Notes under the pieces: model-generated
Told to the model about the DNA's origin: nothing
The model's database searches: none
What the model saw: only the letters and a program-made list of their open reading frames with translations
Translations under genes and position numbers: made by a program
Assembly: GCF_001598795.1 (NCBI RefSeq)
Contig: NZ_BCZP01000045.1
Span: forward strand, 1 to 21,459
Length of the DNA: 21,459 bases
Source of the DNA: Delftia acidovorans NBRC 14950
GTDB lineage: Bacteria; Pseudomonadota; Gammaproteobacteria; Burkholderiales; Burkholderiaceae_C
Direction of reading: 5' to 3'
In this document: positions 14,550 through 21,459 of the stretch, piece after piece
Layout: each line of letters starts with the position of its first letter
Numbering within the stretch: position 1 is the stretch's first letter

Positions 14550-15020
14550 TCAAGGATGGGATGCCGGGCCGCGCGGGGCGCCCTCGGCAGTGAGGTATCG
14601 GCACAGCCACATGCCGCGCACGATGTAGATGGGCTGGGCAGCGGCGTCGTCCCACTGCCCACGGATGCCGCGCAGGCGCGGTGGCGCGATCAGCAGGCCG
14701 GCCAGCACGCCGTCAGCTGCAGGCCCCATGCGCTCCTCGATCTGCGCATGCAGCTCCATGGCCTGCTCGCGTGCCTGGTCGCCTATGGCGATGCTGGTGA
14801 CATCGACCAGGAATTCCCGGTGCAGCGTGGCCAGGCCACCGCACCCGCCCGAGAGGGGTTCGATGCCTTCGTCTGCCGCGCTGATATCAATGGCTGGCAG
14901 GGCACTTACCGGGTATGCGTTACGACCTTCGACGCGCACGCTGTCTCCAGCCAGGGTGGCCGCGAGCACAAGATCCACGCGCCAAGCGGCCAGGATCTGC
15001 TGTTGCATGTGCTGCGCCAT
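14550..15020 (-). CDS. Tail completion/terminator-like protein, 156 aa (assignment by position)
   Basis: ATG 15020 lies 1 nt after the upstream TGA (TGAcATG). It lies between the head-tail adaptor and the major tail gene. Its composition is not shadow-like. Confidence 0.6.
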   Translation of the reverse strand: MAQHMQQQILAAWRVDLVLAATLAGDSVRVEGRNAYPVSALPAIDISAADEGIEPLSGGCGGLATLHREFLVDVTSIAIGDQAREQAMELHAQIEERMGPAADGVLAGLLIAPPRLRGIRGQWDDAAAQPIYIVRGMWLCRYLTAEGAPRGPASHP

Positions 15021-15021
15021 G

Positions 15022-15330
15022 TCAGGCCACCTCCAGCTGCAGCAGCAGCCAGCCGGACTCGTCGGGCTGGGGCGGCTCGGCGATCAGGTAGGTGACCTGG
15101 TCGATCTCTATGCGCTCGCCTTGGGCGATGCCCGGCACCATGTCAGCGGGCAGCCGGCAGGCCAGGACGTAGGCACTCACCATCCCCAAGGCCTCGCGCG
15201 GGCCGCGCCGCAGGATGACGCCGAAGGGCTCGCCGCCCTGCCAGACAGCCACCGCATTGGCGTGGTGCCGCTGCTGGGCTGAGCGCACGCGCCCTGCCCG
15301 CTCGGCGCCTGGGATTAGGAGGAAAGTCAT
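15022..15330 (-). CDS. Head-tail joining/adaptor protein, 102 aa
   Basis: It starts at ATG 15330 (MTFLLIPGAERAGRV..). The track ORF 15022..15801 extends this frame across the DUF2190 gene as an Arg/Gly-rich shadow. The C-terminal pattern ..GERIEIDQVTYLIAEPPQPDESGW.. resembles head-tail joining proteins. Confidence 0.6.
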   Translation of the reverse strand: MTFLLIPGAERAGRVRSAQQRHHANAVAVWQGGEPFGVILRRGPREALGMVSAYVLACRLPADMVPGIAQGERIEIDQVTYLIAEPPQPDESGWLLLQLEVA

Positions 15331-15347
15331 GCCCGGACCTGCTCCGC

Positions 15348-15707
15348 TCAGGCCGCGACCGTGCCGATGACGCCAGGCAGGCAGACGGCGCCCTGCGTGG
15401 CCGCGCTGTCGGCCGCCTCGAAGGCGAACGCCGCCCCCGTCACGTCGCCGGCCGTGGCCGCGCCGCCCACTGCGAATGCGCCGGTTTCGACATCCCAGCG
15501 CAGCGGCTGGCCCTGTGTCCACGCGGTGCCTGCCGCCTTGGGCAGGACAAAGACGCCCACGCGCTCGGCGTTGTAGGGCTCGCCGACCTGGGCCGGACCA
15601 TTTGCCACGGCAAGGATGGCGCCGATGGCCACGGGCTGGCCTGCAGCCACTGCGGCGGCAGCTGCCAGGACCTCGATGACGTGGCCGCGCTGTTGGTAGT
15701 TTTTCAT
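15348..15707 (-). CDS. DUF2190-family head decoration/cement protein, 119 aa
   Basis: MKNYQQRGHVIEV..AAGQPVAIGAILAVA....GEPYNAERVGVFVLPKAAGTAWTQGQPLRWD matches the characteristic DUF2190 pattern (MKNY.Q.G....., GVF.LPKA.G). GGAG lies upstream and the gene is adjacent to the capsid gene. Confidence 0.85.
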   Translation of the reverse strand: MKNYQQRGHVIEVLAAAAAVAAGQPVAIGAILAVANGPAQVGEPYNAERVGVFVLPKAAGTAWTQGQPLRWDVETGAFAVGGAATAGDVTGAAFAFEAADSAATQGAVCLPGVIGTVAA

Positions 15708-15748
15708 GGGTTGAACTCCTGAAAGCGTGTGAGTGGATGGCGGCGCGC

Positions 15749-17830
15749 TCAGGCGCCGTTGCTCTTGGCCAGGCCGTGCCAGTCCAGGCTCTTGGCCGCA
15801 AAATCCAGGCTGGCGCGCAGCTTCACGCCGTCCACGTCCTCGCTGGCAAAGGTCTCGGTGCGCAGGCCTTCGTACCCGTCCACGTAAGCGAACTCGACGG
15901 TGTCGATCTGGCCGGCGCGGGCTGCCAGGTAGAACGCGGTGGTGGACACGGCATCCAGCAGCGGCTCCACGATGGGCTCCAGCGCCGTGCGGCCACCCGT
16001 GCGGAACTCGTTGATGTCGCCGGACTTGGTGGGCTGGTAGTTCGGGCTGGTGAACTGGTAGGCCAGGGTTTCCAGGTCGGAGGGGACCAGCAGGAAGGCA
16101 GGCGCGATGTTCAGCGTCTCATCGTCACGGCCCTTTTGCTTGCGCATCAGCGTGCGCAGGCTGGACAGCGCTTCCAGCGAGAACTTGGACCCTGCGCCGG
16201 TCAGCAGGTTGTGATGCTCGGCATCAAACAGAGGCTCGCCATCCGACATGGCCGGGTTCTTCAGGATCTGGTCATAGACCAAGCGGTTTTCGAGGCGGCG
16301 GGCCGCGTCGGCAAAGCGGGTGCCGGTGCGCGTCAGTGCGTCCAGATCGTCATTGATGATCATCTGGCGGGTGATGGCCAGCGAGCGACCGAAGGTAAAG
16401 GCGCGGTAGCCCGTGGCATCCTCGGACAGGTTGCCGTAGGTGTACTCGCCATGCTCGTTGAGCTTCTTGAGTTCGACATCGCCGCCCACGCCAATGGCCT
16501 GGCGGATGCGGAAGTCCGGCAGGTTGGCGGCACGGCGCGCCCACAGCTGGTAGGTGCTGGGTGCTTGGTCATAGGCCGCACGCAGCACGCGCTGCCCCAC
16601 GCTGCCCAGCAGCGCGGGGAAGTCGCCCGTACCCAGCATGCCGGAGCGCAGGCGCAGCGCCACGCCAACAATCTCGGCACGGCTCATGCCACGCGTCCGC
16701 TGGCCCAGGCCTTCCACCACCTCGCGCGCCATCTCCACCAAGGCCATGGCGCGGTACTGGCGGCCGTTGTCGTCCAGCTGTGCGCCTGGATTCAGACGGT
16801 TCATGAGCGCGTTTTCGATGCCGCGCATGCGGGTTTCGTGCTCATCGCCCACGGTGCGGATGGAGGTCGTGGGGCCGGTGGCTTGCTCCTGGCTGCGCTG
16901 GTCCAGCGCCGTCAGCACGGCAGCGCGAGCCTCGTCCATGGTGGACTGGTTGCGCAGCAGATCGGCCTGCAGATCGGCCAGGTTGTGGCGCTGGCACAGC
17001 GCAACAATGTCGGCGGCGCGCTGACCATCGAACGCACCGGCAGGCGCGGGCAGCGGTGCACCCTCAGTCTGGCGGTTCTGCGGAACCTGCGACACGTTGG
17101 CGGGCGCGGTGCCCGGGGTGGTGTTGGCGGTCTGGCCGCCTTCACCGGCTTGGTTTGCTTGGGGCATACGTTGGTGCTCCTGGGTGGTAGGTTGGGCGGC
17201 TGCCCGTTGGAAGAACTCGCACGGCATGCCGCCCTGGGGCGCTGCACCGGACGGGGCCTGGGAAGTGGGTGCGCTGCGCGTGCCGGCGTTTGGGTCGGCG
17301 GGCACAGTGACGAAAGAGATTTCCTGCGGGGTCCAGGCGACTGCGCGGTAGAGATCGACGTTGATGCCGTCCGTGCGGTCCTGGGCGCGGGTGATTTCGT
17401 AGCGCTGGACGCTGTAGCCGAAGCTGATGGCGCGGATGATCCCGGCGCGGATGTCGGCCACGATGCCGGCCAGCTCGGGGCGCTGGCTCAGCCGGATCAC
17501 AGCCCGGCCTTCGCCACCTTCGATCCAGCCCCGTACAGCGATTCCAAGGATGGCGGCCACGCCGCCGTAGCTGCGGTGGCCGTCCAGCACCTGGACCGTG
17601 CCGGCATCGAAGCGGGCCATGTCCACGGCTTCGGGGGTGATCTGCAGGTCCTCGTCGTAGGGACGCTCGTTCCAATAGTCGTAGCGGCGCACCATGGCGC
17701 CCGTGGTCCAGACCACCTCGACCGTGCCGTCGGTCTCGTTGTAGGTGTCAGGGACCAGGCTTGCGGCGCGCGTCTGCACCGGCAAATCGTGGATCTGGGG
17801 CGCGGAAGATTGGGCGTTGGCTTGTGGCAT
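15749..17830 (-). CDS. Prohead protease / scaffold-like linker / major capsid protein fusion, 693 aa
   Basis: The N-terminal ~190 aa is HK97-type prohead serine protease-like (..VQVLDGHRSYGGVAAILG.., ..IRAISFGYS.., ..QEISFVTVPADPNA). The middle ~130 aa is a Pro/Gln/Ala-rich low-complexity, helical region. The C-terminal ~330 aa is capsid-like (..FRIRQAIGVGGDVELKKLNEHGEYTYG.., ..LNIAPAFLLVPSDLE.., ..FYLAARAGQIDTVEFAYVDG..). It lies between the portal and decoration genes. Confidence 0.85.
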   Translation of the reverse strand: MPQANAQSSAPQIHDLPVQTRAASLVPDTYNETDGTVEVVWTTGAMVRRYDYWNERPYDEDLQITPEAVDMARFDAGTVQVLDGHRSYGGVAAILGIAVRGWIEGGEGRAVIRLSQRPELAGIVADIRAGIIRAISFGYSVQRYEITRAQDRTDGINVDLYRAVAWTPQEISFVTVPADPNAGTRSAPTSQAPSGAAPQGGMPCEFFQRAAAQPTTQEHQRMPQANQAGEGGQTANTTPGTAPANVSQVPQNRQTEGAPLPAPAGAFDGQRAADIVALCQRHNLADLQADLLRNQSTMDEARAAVLTALDQRSQEQATGPTTSIRTVGDEHETRMRGIENALMNRLNPGAQLDDNGRQYRAMALVEMAREVVEGLGQRTRGMSRAEIVGVALRLRSGMLGTGDFPALLGSVGQRVLRAAYDQAPSTYQLWARRAANLPDFRIRQAIGVGGDVELKKLNEHGEYTYGNLSEDATGYRAFTFGRSLAITRQMIINDDLDALTRTGTRFADAARRLENRLVYDQILKNPAMSDGEPLFDAEHHNLLTGAGSKFSLEALSSLRTLMRKQKGRDDETLNIAPAFLLVPSDLETLAYQFTSPNYQPTKSGDINEFRTGGRTALEPIVEPLLDAVSTTAFYLAARAGQIDTVEFAYVDGYEGLRTETFASEDVDGVKLRASLDFAAKSLDWHGLAKSNGA
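17165..17181 (-). promoter_or_regulatory. Candidate internal translation start (AGGAG-N9-ATG, in frame, Met222) inside the protease-capsid fusion
   Basis: The reverse strand reads CCCAGGAGCACCAACGTATGCCCCAAGCAAAC. AGGAG is at 17181..17177 and ATG at 17167..17165, which is 663 nt (221 codons) downstream of ATG 17830. The product would begin MPQANQAG.., echoing the full-length N-terminus MPQANAQS... Confidence 0.4.
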
Positions 17831-17851
17831 GGCGCTCAGTTTTCCGGTTTG

Positions 17852-17886
17852 ACTGTCTCAAATCCCGGAAAACTGAGACGATTTCA
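17852..17886 (-). repeat. Copy A of a 35-nt stop-codon-anchored dyad element (TGAAATCGTCTCAGTTTTCCGGGATTTGAGACAGT)
   Basis: It begins with the portal TGA stop. It contains the dyad GTCTCA-N13-TGAGAC. It is 31/35 identical to copy B (19641..19675). The distance from the T of TGA through the G of the next ATG (17828) is 59 nt, the same as in copy B. Confidence 0.7.
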
Positions 17887-19386
17887 CTTCTGCCCCTGCC
17901 CCTCCATCTGGGCCACCAGGTCGATGGGGTTCTGCGCACCCCACAGCGCGGCCAGCAGCGGCAGGATGCCGCCATCCTGCAGCCGCATCAGGTCGGCCTG
18001 CAGCTCGCTGAAAACGGCCTCTGGGTCATAGCCCCGGCGCCGGATGACTTCGCTGATGCTCTGCATGCCGCCCTTGACGGCGCTCAGGTCGCTGGCCACG
18101 TCCTGCACGGGGTTCGGGCTGGCCCAGCGGGGCGTGCTCCAGTCCGGCGCCTGCACGTTTGCCGGCACCGTGGCCACCAGATCCACGGCCGCCAGGAACC
18201 ACCGCGCAATGGGCGCGCACAGGCGCGGCACGGTGATGCGCCACTGCTCGGATTCGACCTCGGCCCGGAACTGGTTCATGGACATGCGTGAGGTTGAGAA
18301 ATTGACCTCGGTCAGGTCGCCGGTCATCAGCTCGTAGGGGCAGCGGTAGCCTGCGGCCACCTCCTTCCACCCTCCCTTCATGTAGTCACCAAAGCCCGGG
18401 ACGGCCTTCGGCTCGATGAAGGTGGGATTGGTCATGCCTGGCGGCAGGCCCACGATGCCGCCGCCAGCGAGGTCGCCCAGGTCCATCAGGCCGGGCTTTT
18501 GCCCCCCGGCCTCCTCGGGCAGCGGCGGCGGCATGCCTCCGGCCCCTTCCATCTCGGCCAGCACCCCCATGCGCGATTCCAGCTGCTTGCGCTGCAGCTC
18601 GGAGTCACCATAGGTGTGCAGGTCGCGCACCTTGGCGATGATGGGCGCCAGGCGCGTGATGCCGTCCTGCTGGCCGGCGCGCTCGGGATCGAAGAAGTGG
18701 ATGATTTCATCGGCCGGCACACGCTGACTGGTGCCGCTGCGGCCCAGGGTCCACATGCCGGCATCACCGGGGTGGCGGTCGAACAGGTAGTAGGCCAGGC
18801 GCTGGCCGCGCTTGTCGTACTCGATGCCCCGGATGATCTCGCGCCCGCCGGCCAGCACGCCGTTGCGCTCCACGTCCAAAAAGTCGATCTCCAACAGCTG
18901 CAGCTTGAGCGGCACCGTGGAGCCCATGCGCTGGATGTGCTTGCGGATGAGCACGGCGCCGTCAACGTCGCGCGTGCGCTCGGCTTTGTATTGCAGGCCG
19001 TAGAAGTCCAGCAGACCGTCATAGTCGGCATGGGGCACCCATTCGCGCCAGCGCTTGGCCAGGCCATCGTCGGCCCACACGGGCACGATGCCCTGGCCCA
19101 CGCGCATGGCGAGCACGGCATTGACGGCGCGCACGATGTTCGGCACGTTCTGCGCGAGTGAGCGCGCACGCATGCGCAGCTCGCGCGCATCGGCGGCGTG
19201 GTCGGCAGTGGGGCTGGCCCCCGAGCGCTTGACGCGCCAGCCATCGGCGCGGCTGGCGCCCTCGTAGGCGCGCACCAGCATTTCCCGGGCGACCTGGCGG
19301 CGCACGCCCTGCGCGGGCGAGAAATAGCCGACAACACGGTCAACCAGCGTGGGGGAGGCCCTGCGGGCTACGGTACCGCGCTGCAT
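17884..19386 (-). CDS. Portal protein, lambda (gpB) family, ~500 aa
   Basis: It has the size and position (directly after gpW) of a lambda-type portal. ATG 19386 lies 2 nt after the gpW TGA (TGATCATG). The track begins at TTG 19392. The composition is protein-like throughout. Confidence 0.85.
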   Translation of the reverse strand: MQRGTVARRASPTLVDRVVGYFSPAQGVRRQVAREMLVRAYEGASRADGWRVKRSGASPTADHAADARELRMRARSLAQNVPNIVRAVNAVLAMRVGQGIVPVWADDGLAKRWREWVPHADYDGLLDFYGLQYKAERTRDVDGAVLIRKHIQRMGSTVPLKLQLLEIDFLDVERNGVLAGGREIIRGIEYDKRGQRLAYYLFDRHPGDAGMWTLGRSGTSQRVPADEIIHFFDPERAGQQDGITRLAPIIAKVRDLHTYGDSELQRKQLESRMGVLAEMEGAGGMPPPLPEEAGGQKPGLMDLGDLAGGGIVGLPPGMTNPTFIEPKAVPGFGDYMKGGWKEVAAGYRCPYELMTGDLTEVNFSTSRMSMNQFRAEVESEQWRITVPRLCAPIARWFLAAVDLVATVPANVQAPDWSTPRWASPNPVQDVASDLSAVKGGMQSISEVIRRRGYDPEAVFSELQADLMRLQDGGILPLLAALWGAQNPIDLVAQMEGQGQK

Positions 19387-19388
19387 GA

Positions 19389-19619
19389 TCAACGGTCCCG
19401 CAGGCCGGCGAAGCGAAAGCGCGCCACCAGGGCGCGTGGCTGGCCGGTGCCGGCCACGGCCGAGATCTGCGTGTGCAGATCCCGGCGTGCGCCCATCATC
19501 TCGTCCAGGCTTCGATATGTGACCGAGGCGCCATCCTCGGTCGTGATGGTGCGCTCACCACTGTGGATGGCGGCATTGAGGCGCGCGAGGCGCATCTGGA
19601 GGTCTTGGAGCGTGCTCAT
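19389..19619 (-). CDS. gpW-family head-tail joining protein, 76 aa
   Basis: MSTLQDLQMRLARLNAAIHSGERTITTEDGASVTYRSLDEMMGARRDLHTQI parallels lambda gpW (..[46 protein letters not shown]..). I prefer ATG 19619 over GTG 19628 because it reproduces the 59-nt stop-to-ATG spacing seen at repeat copy A. Confidence 0.8.
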   Translation of the reverse strand: MSTLQDLQMRLARLNAAIHSGERTITTEDGASVTYRSLDEMMGARRDLHTQISAVAGTGQPRALVARFRFAGLRDR

Positions 19620-19640
19620 ATGCCGCACGCTACCGGGGCA

Positions 19641-19675
19641 ACTGTCTCATTTCCCGGAAAAGTGAGACGGTTTCA
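19641..19675 (-). repeat. Copy B of the 35-nt stop-codon-anchored dyad element (TGAAACCGTCTCACTTTTCCGGGAAATGAGACAGT)
   Basis: It begins with the TGA stop of the Mor-like gene. The dyad arms GTCTCA/TGAGAC and the central TTTTCCGGGA are identical to copy A. The four differences all lie outside the arms. A CCGG follows at the same offset in both copies. Confidence 0.7.
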
Positions 19676-20026
19676 GCCGGGCTGCTTCAGGTGCCGGTAC
19701 ACGGTGGCACGGCTGATGCCCAACGTGCGCGCCACGGCCGTGGCATTGCGCCCATTCCACAGCCGCAGCACCTGCCGACGCTCCTCGGCCTTGTCCACCG
19801 AGGACCTGGCAGGGATGTAGGCATCCTGGCCGGCGAACTCCCGGCGCAGCTGAAGCTGGACACGCTCCATCGCGGCAGGGCTGCCGCGCAGCTCGGGCAG
19901 CAGCTCCACAAGATAGTCAAACATGCGATCCACCAGATCGGGCGCGAAATCGGCCGCTGGCATGGCGGAACTCTTGGCCGCATCGGGGGCCATGTGGGGT
20001 GCTGGGGCGTTGATCTTTGGGGTCAT
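19673..20026 (-). CDS. Mor-family transcriptional activator-like HTH protein, 117 aa
   Basis: ATG 20026 lies 4 nt after the terminase TAG. ..LVELLPELRGSPAAMERVQLQLRREFAGQDAYIPARSSVDKAEERRQVLRLWNGRNATAVARTLGISRATVYRHLKQ aligns by eye with Mu Mor (..LRGELSRLG..ICKHLGGGQVYIPRGQALDSLIRDLRIWNDFNGRNVSELTTRYGVTFNTVYKAIRR). The track ORF 19673..20317 is an upstream shadow extension into the terminase gene. Confidence 0.75.
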   Translation of the reverse strand: MTPKINAPAPHMAPDAAKSSAMPAADFAPDLVDRMFDYLVELLPELRGSPAAMERVQLQLRREFAGQDAYIPARSSVDKAEERRQVLRLWNGRNATAVARTLGISRATVYRHLKQPG

Positions 20027-20030
20027 GGGG

Positions 20031-21459
20031 CTACCAGGAACGGGAGAAACCGCCGTTGCGGCGAACGGGTGCCGCACGGCGTGGCGCGGGGGCCGACGCA
20101 CGGGGCGCGGTGGTGGCGGAAACGGGTGGCGCGACCGACGTGGGCGCAGCCGTGGGAGCCGACGGCGCCACGCTGGCGGGCGCTTCGGGTGGGCTGAAGA
20201 GGTCACGCGCAGGCTGCACCATCTGCTCGACCTGCGACCAGCGCGCATCGGTGTACTTGTGCAGGCCCTGGGCCATGGCCGCGTGGATGGCGTAGTTTCG
20301 GCAGTCCAAGTCCTCATTGCGCTGGCGGCGCTTGACCCAGCGGTAGGCCTCGCGGCCCTGGACCTTGGCCAGGATGCGCTGCTCTGCGGTCAACTGCTCG
20401 AAGAACTCGCGCGGCAGATCCTCGCTGAAGTGCACGCATCCCGGGCCAGCGTCGGTGATCGCCAGTTGGCCCAGCAGCAGATCCTTGGCGTTGTCCACGC
20501 CCACCAGCCAGAGCTTGATGCCCTGCTTGACCTTCTGCCCGCGCCAGTCCAGGTCCTGCATGCTGGCCGGCCCCACGATAGGCCGGTTGTCGTTGTTGTC
20601 GCCCTTGATGGCGCGCAGGTTGGGCAGCATGTGCTGGTGCGTGCGGACGTAGTTGTAGACCGCCTGCGTCTGGTCGGACGAGTCGATGCTGATGGCGCTC
20701 AGGCCCAGGCTGCCGCCGTGCCATGCCTGCCGGTAGCGGCGCTGCAGGTAGGCCGTCACAGGTGCCCAGTCGCCCTCGCTGGATGGGTTGCCCTCGATGA
20801 TGTGGCGGTCCACGATCCAGCTTTCCATGCCGCGGCCCCATGCCCAGACGTTGATCTGCCACCAGGTGCGCTGCACGTCCACGCCGGCCGCCAGCACCAG
20901 GCCACCCACGGGCACCGTGCCCAGGGCGTAGGGCTCGGCGCGGGCCTGCAGCACATGGTCGTCGGTGCCCTCCCCCTTCAGTTCCCAGGCCTGGCCCAGC
21001 GTCTCGTTGGTGAACGAGGTCATGGGGCCTGCATCGCCCTCCTGCAGCGCACGGTGGGCCTTCTCGAACTCGTCCACGATGGACGCCCAAGTGCGCTGCG
21101 GGCTGTACGCGGCCCAGATGTGCACGCCCAGCGTGCGTGGGGGCCTGCAGGGCGTGCCATCGGCAGTGCGCCAGATCCGGTCGGCGCCGAAGCGGCGGCC
21201 GGAACGGCGGCACACCCAGGCGCCCGTCAGCGGCCAGCCACCGGGCAGGTACTCGGCCTGGCTGATGGACTCCCGGCAGTGGGGGCACATGTGGCGCACG
21301 GTCTCGGGCTTGCCGGCCTCCCATTTGAAGCCGTGCATGGCCTCCTTGCCGCCCCAGGTCAGCGGGTGCTCGGCCTCGCAGCGCGGGCACTCGATCAGGT
21401 AGTCGACCTCGTCCTCGGAGTCCTCGCAGGCGCGGCTGACGTGGCACAGGCCCTTGATT
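20031..21459 (-). CDS. terL: Terminase large subunit, GpA (lambda A) family, C-terminal ~475 codons (5' end beyond the right edge)
   Basis: The frame is open from the right edge (..IKGLCHVSRACEDSEDEVDYLIECPRCEAEHPLTWGGKEAMHGFKWEAGKPETVRHMCPHCRES..), giving paired CxxC motifs. The nuclease-domain pattern is AAGVDVQRTWWQINVWAWG..SIDSSDQTQAVYNYV... The C-terminal tail is Pro/Ala-rich. M at 21338 in the track is internal. Confidence 0.9.
   Translation of the reverse strand, partial: IKGLCHVSRACEDSEDEVDYLIECPRCEAEHPLTWGGKEAMHGFKWEAGKPETVRHMCPHCRESISQAEYLPGGWPLTGAWVCRRSGRRFGADRIWRTADGTPCRPPRTLGVHIWAAYSPQRTWASIVDEFEKAHRALQEGDAGPMTSFTNETLGQAWELKGEGTDDHVLQARAEPYALGTVPVGGLVLAAGVDVQRTWWQINVWAWGRGMESWIVDRHIIEGNPSSEGDWAPVTAYLQRRYRQAWHGGSLGLSAISIDSSDQTQAVYNYVRTHQHMLPNLRAIKGDNNDNRPIVGPASMQDLDWRGQKVKQGIKLWLVGVDNAKDLLLGQLAITDAGPGCVHFSEDLPREFFEQLTAEQRILAKVQGREAYRWVKRRQRNEDLDCRNYAIHAAMAQGLHKYTDARWSQVEQMVQPARDLFSPPEAPASVAPSAPTAAPTSVAPPVSATTAPRASAPAPRRAAPVRRNGGFSRSW

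Noticed and set aside
15022-15801. 259-aa version of the head-tail adaptor ORF, and likewise the upstream extensions 13363..13956, 3081..3650, 4195..4572, 4506..5066, 5725..7005 and 19673..20317
   Set aside because: These extensions overlap the preceding well-supported gene and are Arg/Gly-rich. Internal ATGs with ATGA/TGATG coupling or an SD give compact, non-overlapping genes.
17852-17886. TGA followed by a hairpin, read as a selenocysteine insertion (SECIS) or read-through signal
   Set aside because: Reading through the portal TGA hits another in-frame TGA after 16 codons. The downstream ATG is out of frame (offset 56 nt), so no fusion product is possible. The loop also lacks an obvious SECIS-like apex.
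15737-18031. Long opposite-strand or alternative-frame ORFs across the phage genes. Examples: 15737..18031 +, 9122..10861 +, 10925..12757 +, 7050..8099 +, 14133..15095 +, 18499..19161 +, 20314..21447 -, 12207..12902 -.
   Set aside because: These are typical high-GC shadow ORFs. They have Arg/Gly/Ala/Pro-dominated composition and no RBS or coupling. Each is fully overlapped by a frame with recognisable phage protein motifs.
19620-19628. GTG 19628 as the gpW start (track start)
   Set aside because: ATG 19619 gives an N-terminus aligned with lambda gpW and reproduces exactly the 59-nt stop-to-ATG spacing of the other repeat copy. GTG cannot be excluded experimentally.

Overview
This is high-GC DNA with a betaproteobacterium-like composition: a hand-counted 60-nt phage sample has 42/60 G+C. 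Positions ~3081-21459 are the late arm (packaging, head, tail, lysis) of a lambda-like siphovirus prophage, entirely on the minus strand. In order it encodes a GpA-family large terminase (5' end beyond the right edge), an unexpected Mor-family activator gene, gpW, and a lambda-type portal. Next come a prohead-protease/scaffold/major-capsid fusion, a DUF2190 decoration protein and two head-tail adaptor proteins. The tail genes are a major tail protein with an InlB-B-repeat-like C-terminal domain, gpG/gpGT-type chaperones with an A_AAT_TTT -1 slippery site, a 1658-aa tape measure and a compact tail-tip/fibre module. The arm ends with an ATGA-coupled lysis cassette: a single-TMD membrane protein, a SAR-type GH24 endolysin and an embedded i-/o-spanin pair. 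Left of the prophage (~1130-3000) I read a fossil integron. It consists of a frameshifted, stop-riddled intI remnant (minus strand), an AT-rich attI-like region, and one low-GC cassette (plus strand) encoding an orphan lipoprotein. The cassette ends in a 58-bp attC whose R'' box is the exact reverse complement of the GTTAGCT core at the cassette 5' junction. The leftmost 1.1 kb is the 5' part of a host surface-protein gene with an N-proximal IPTLxxWG-type sorting motif. Two further items merit follow-up. One is a 35-nt stop-codon-anchored dyad element present twice with identical 59-nt stop-to-start spacing. The other is a Shine-Dalgarno-preceded in-frame internal start inside the protease-capsid fusion. 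I saw no rRNA, tRNA or CRISPR array. All family assignments come from reading motifs by eye and none was checked against a database.
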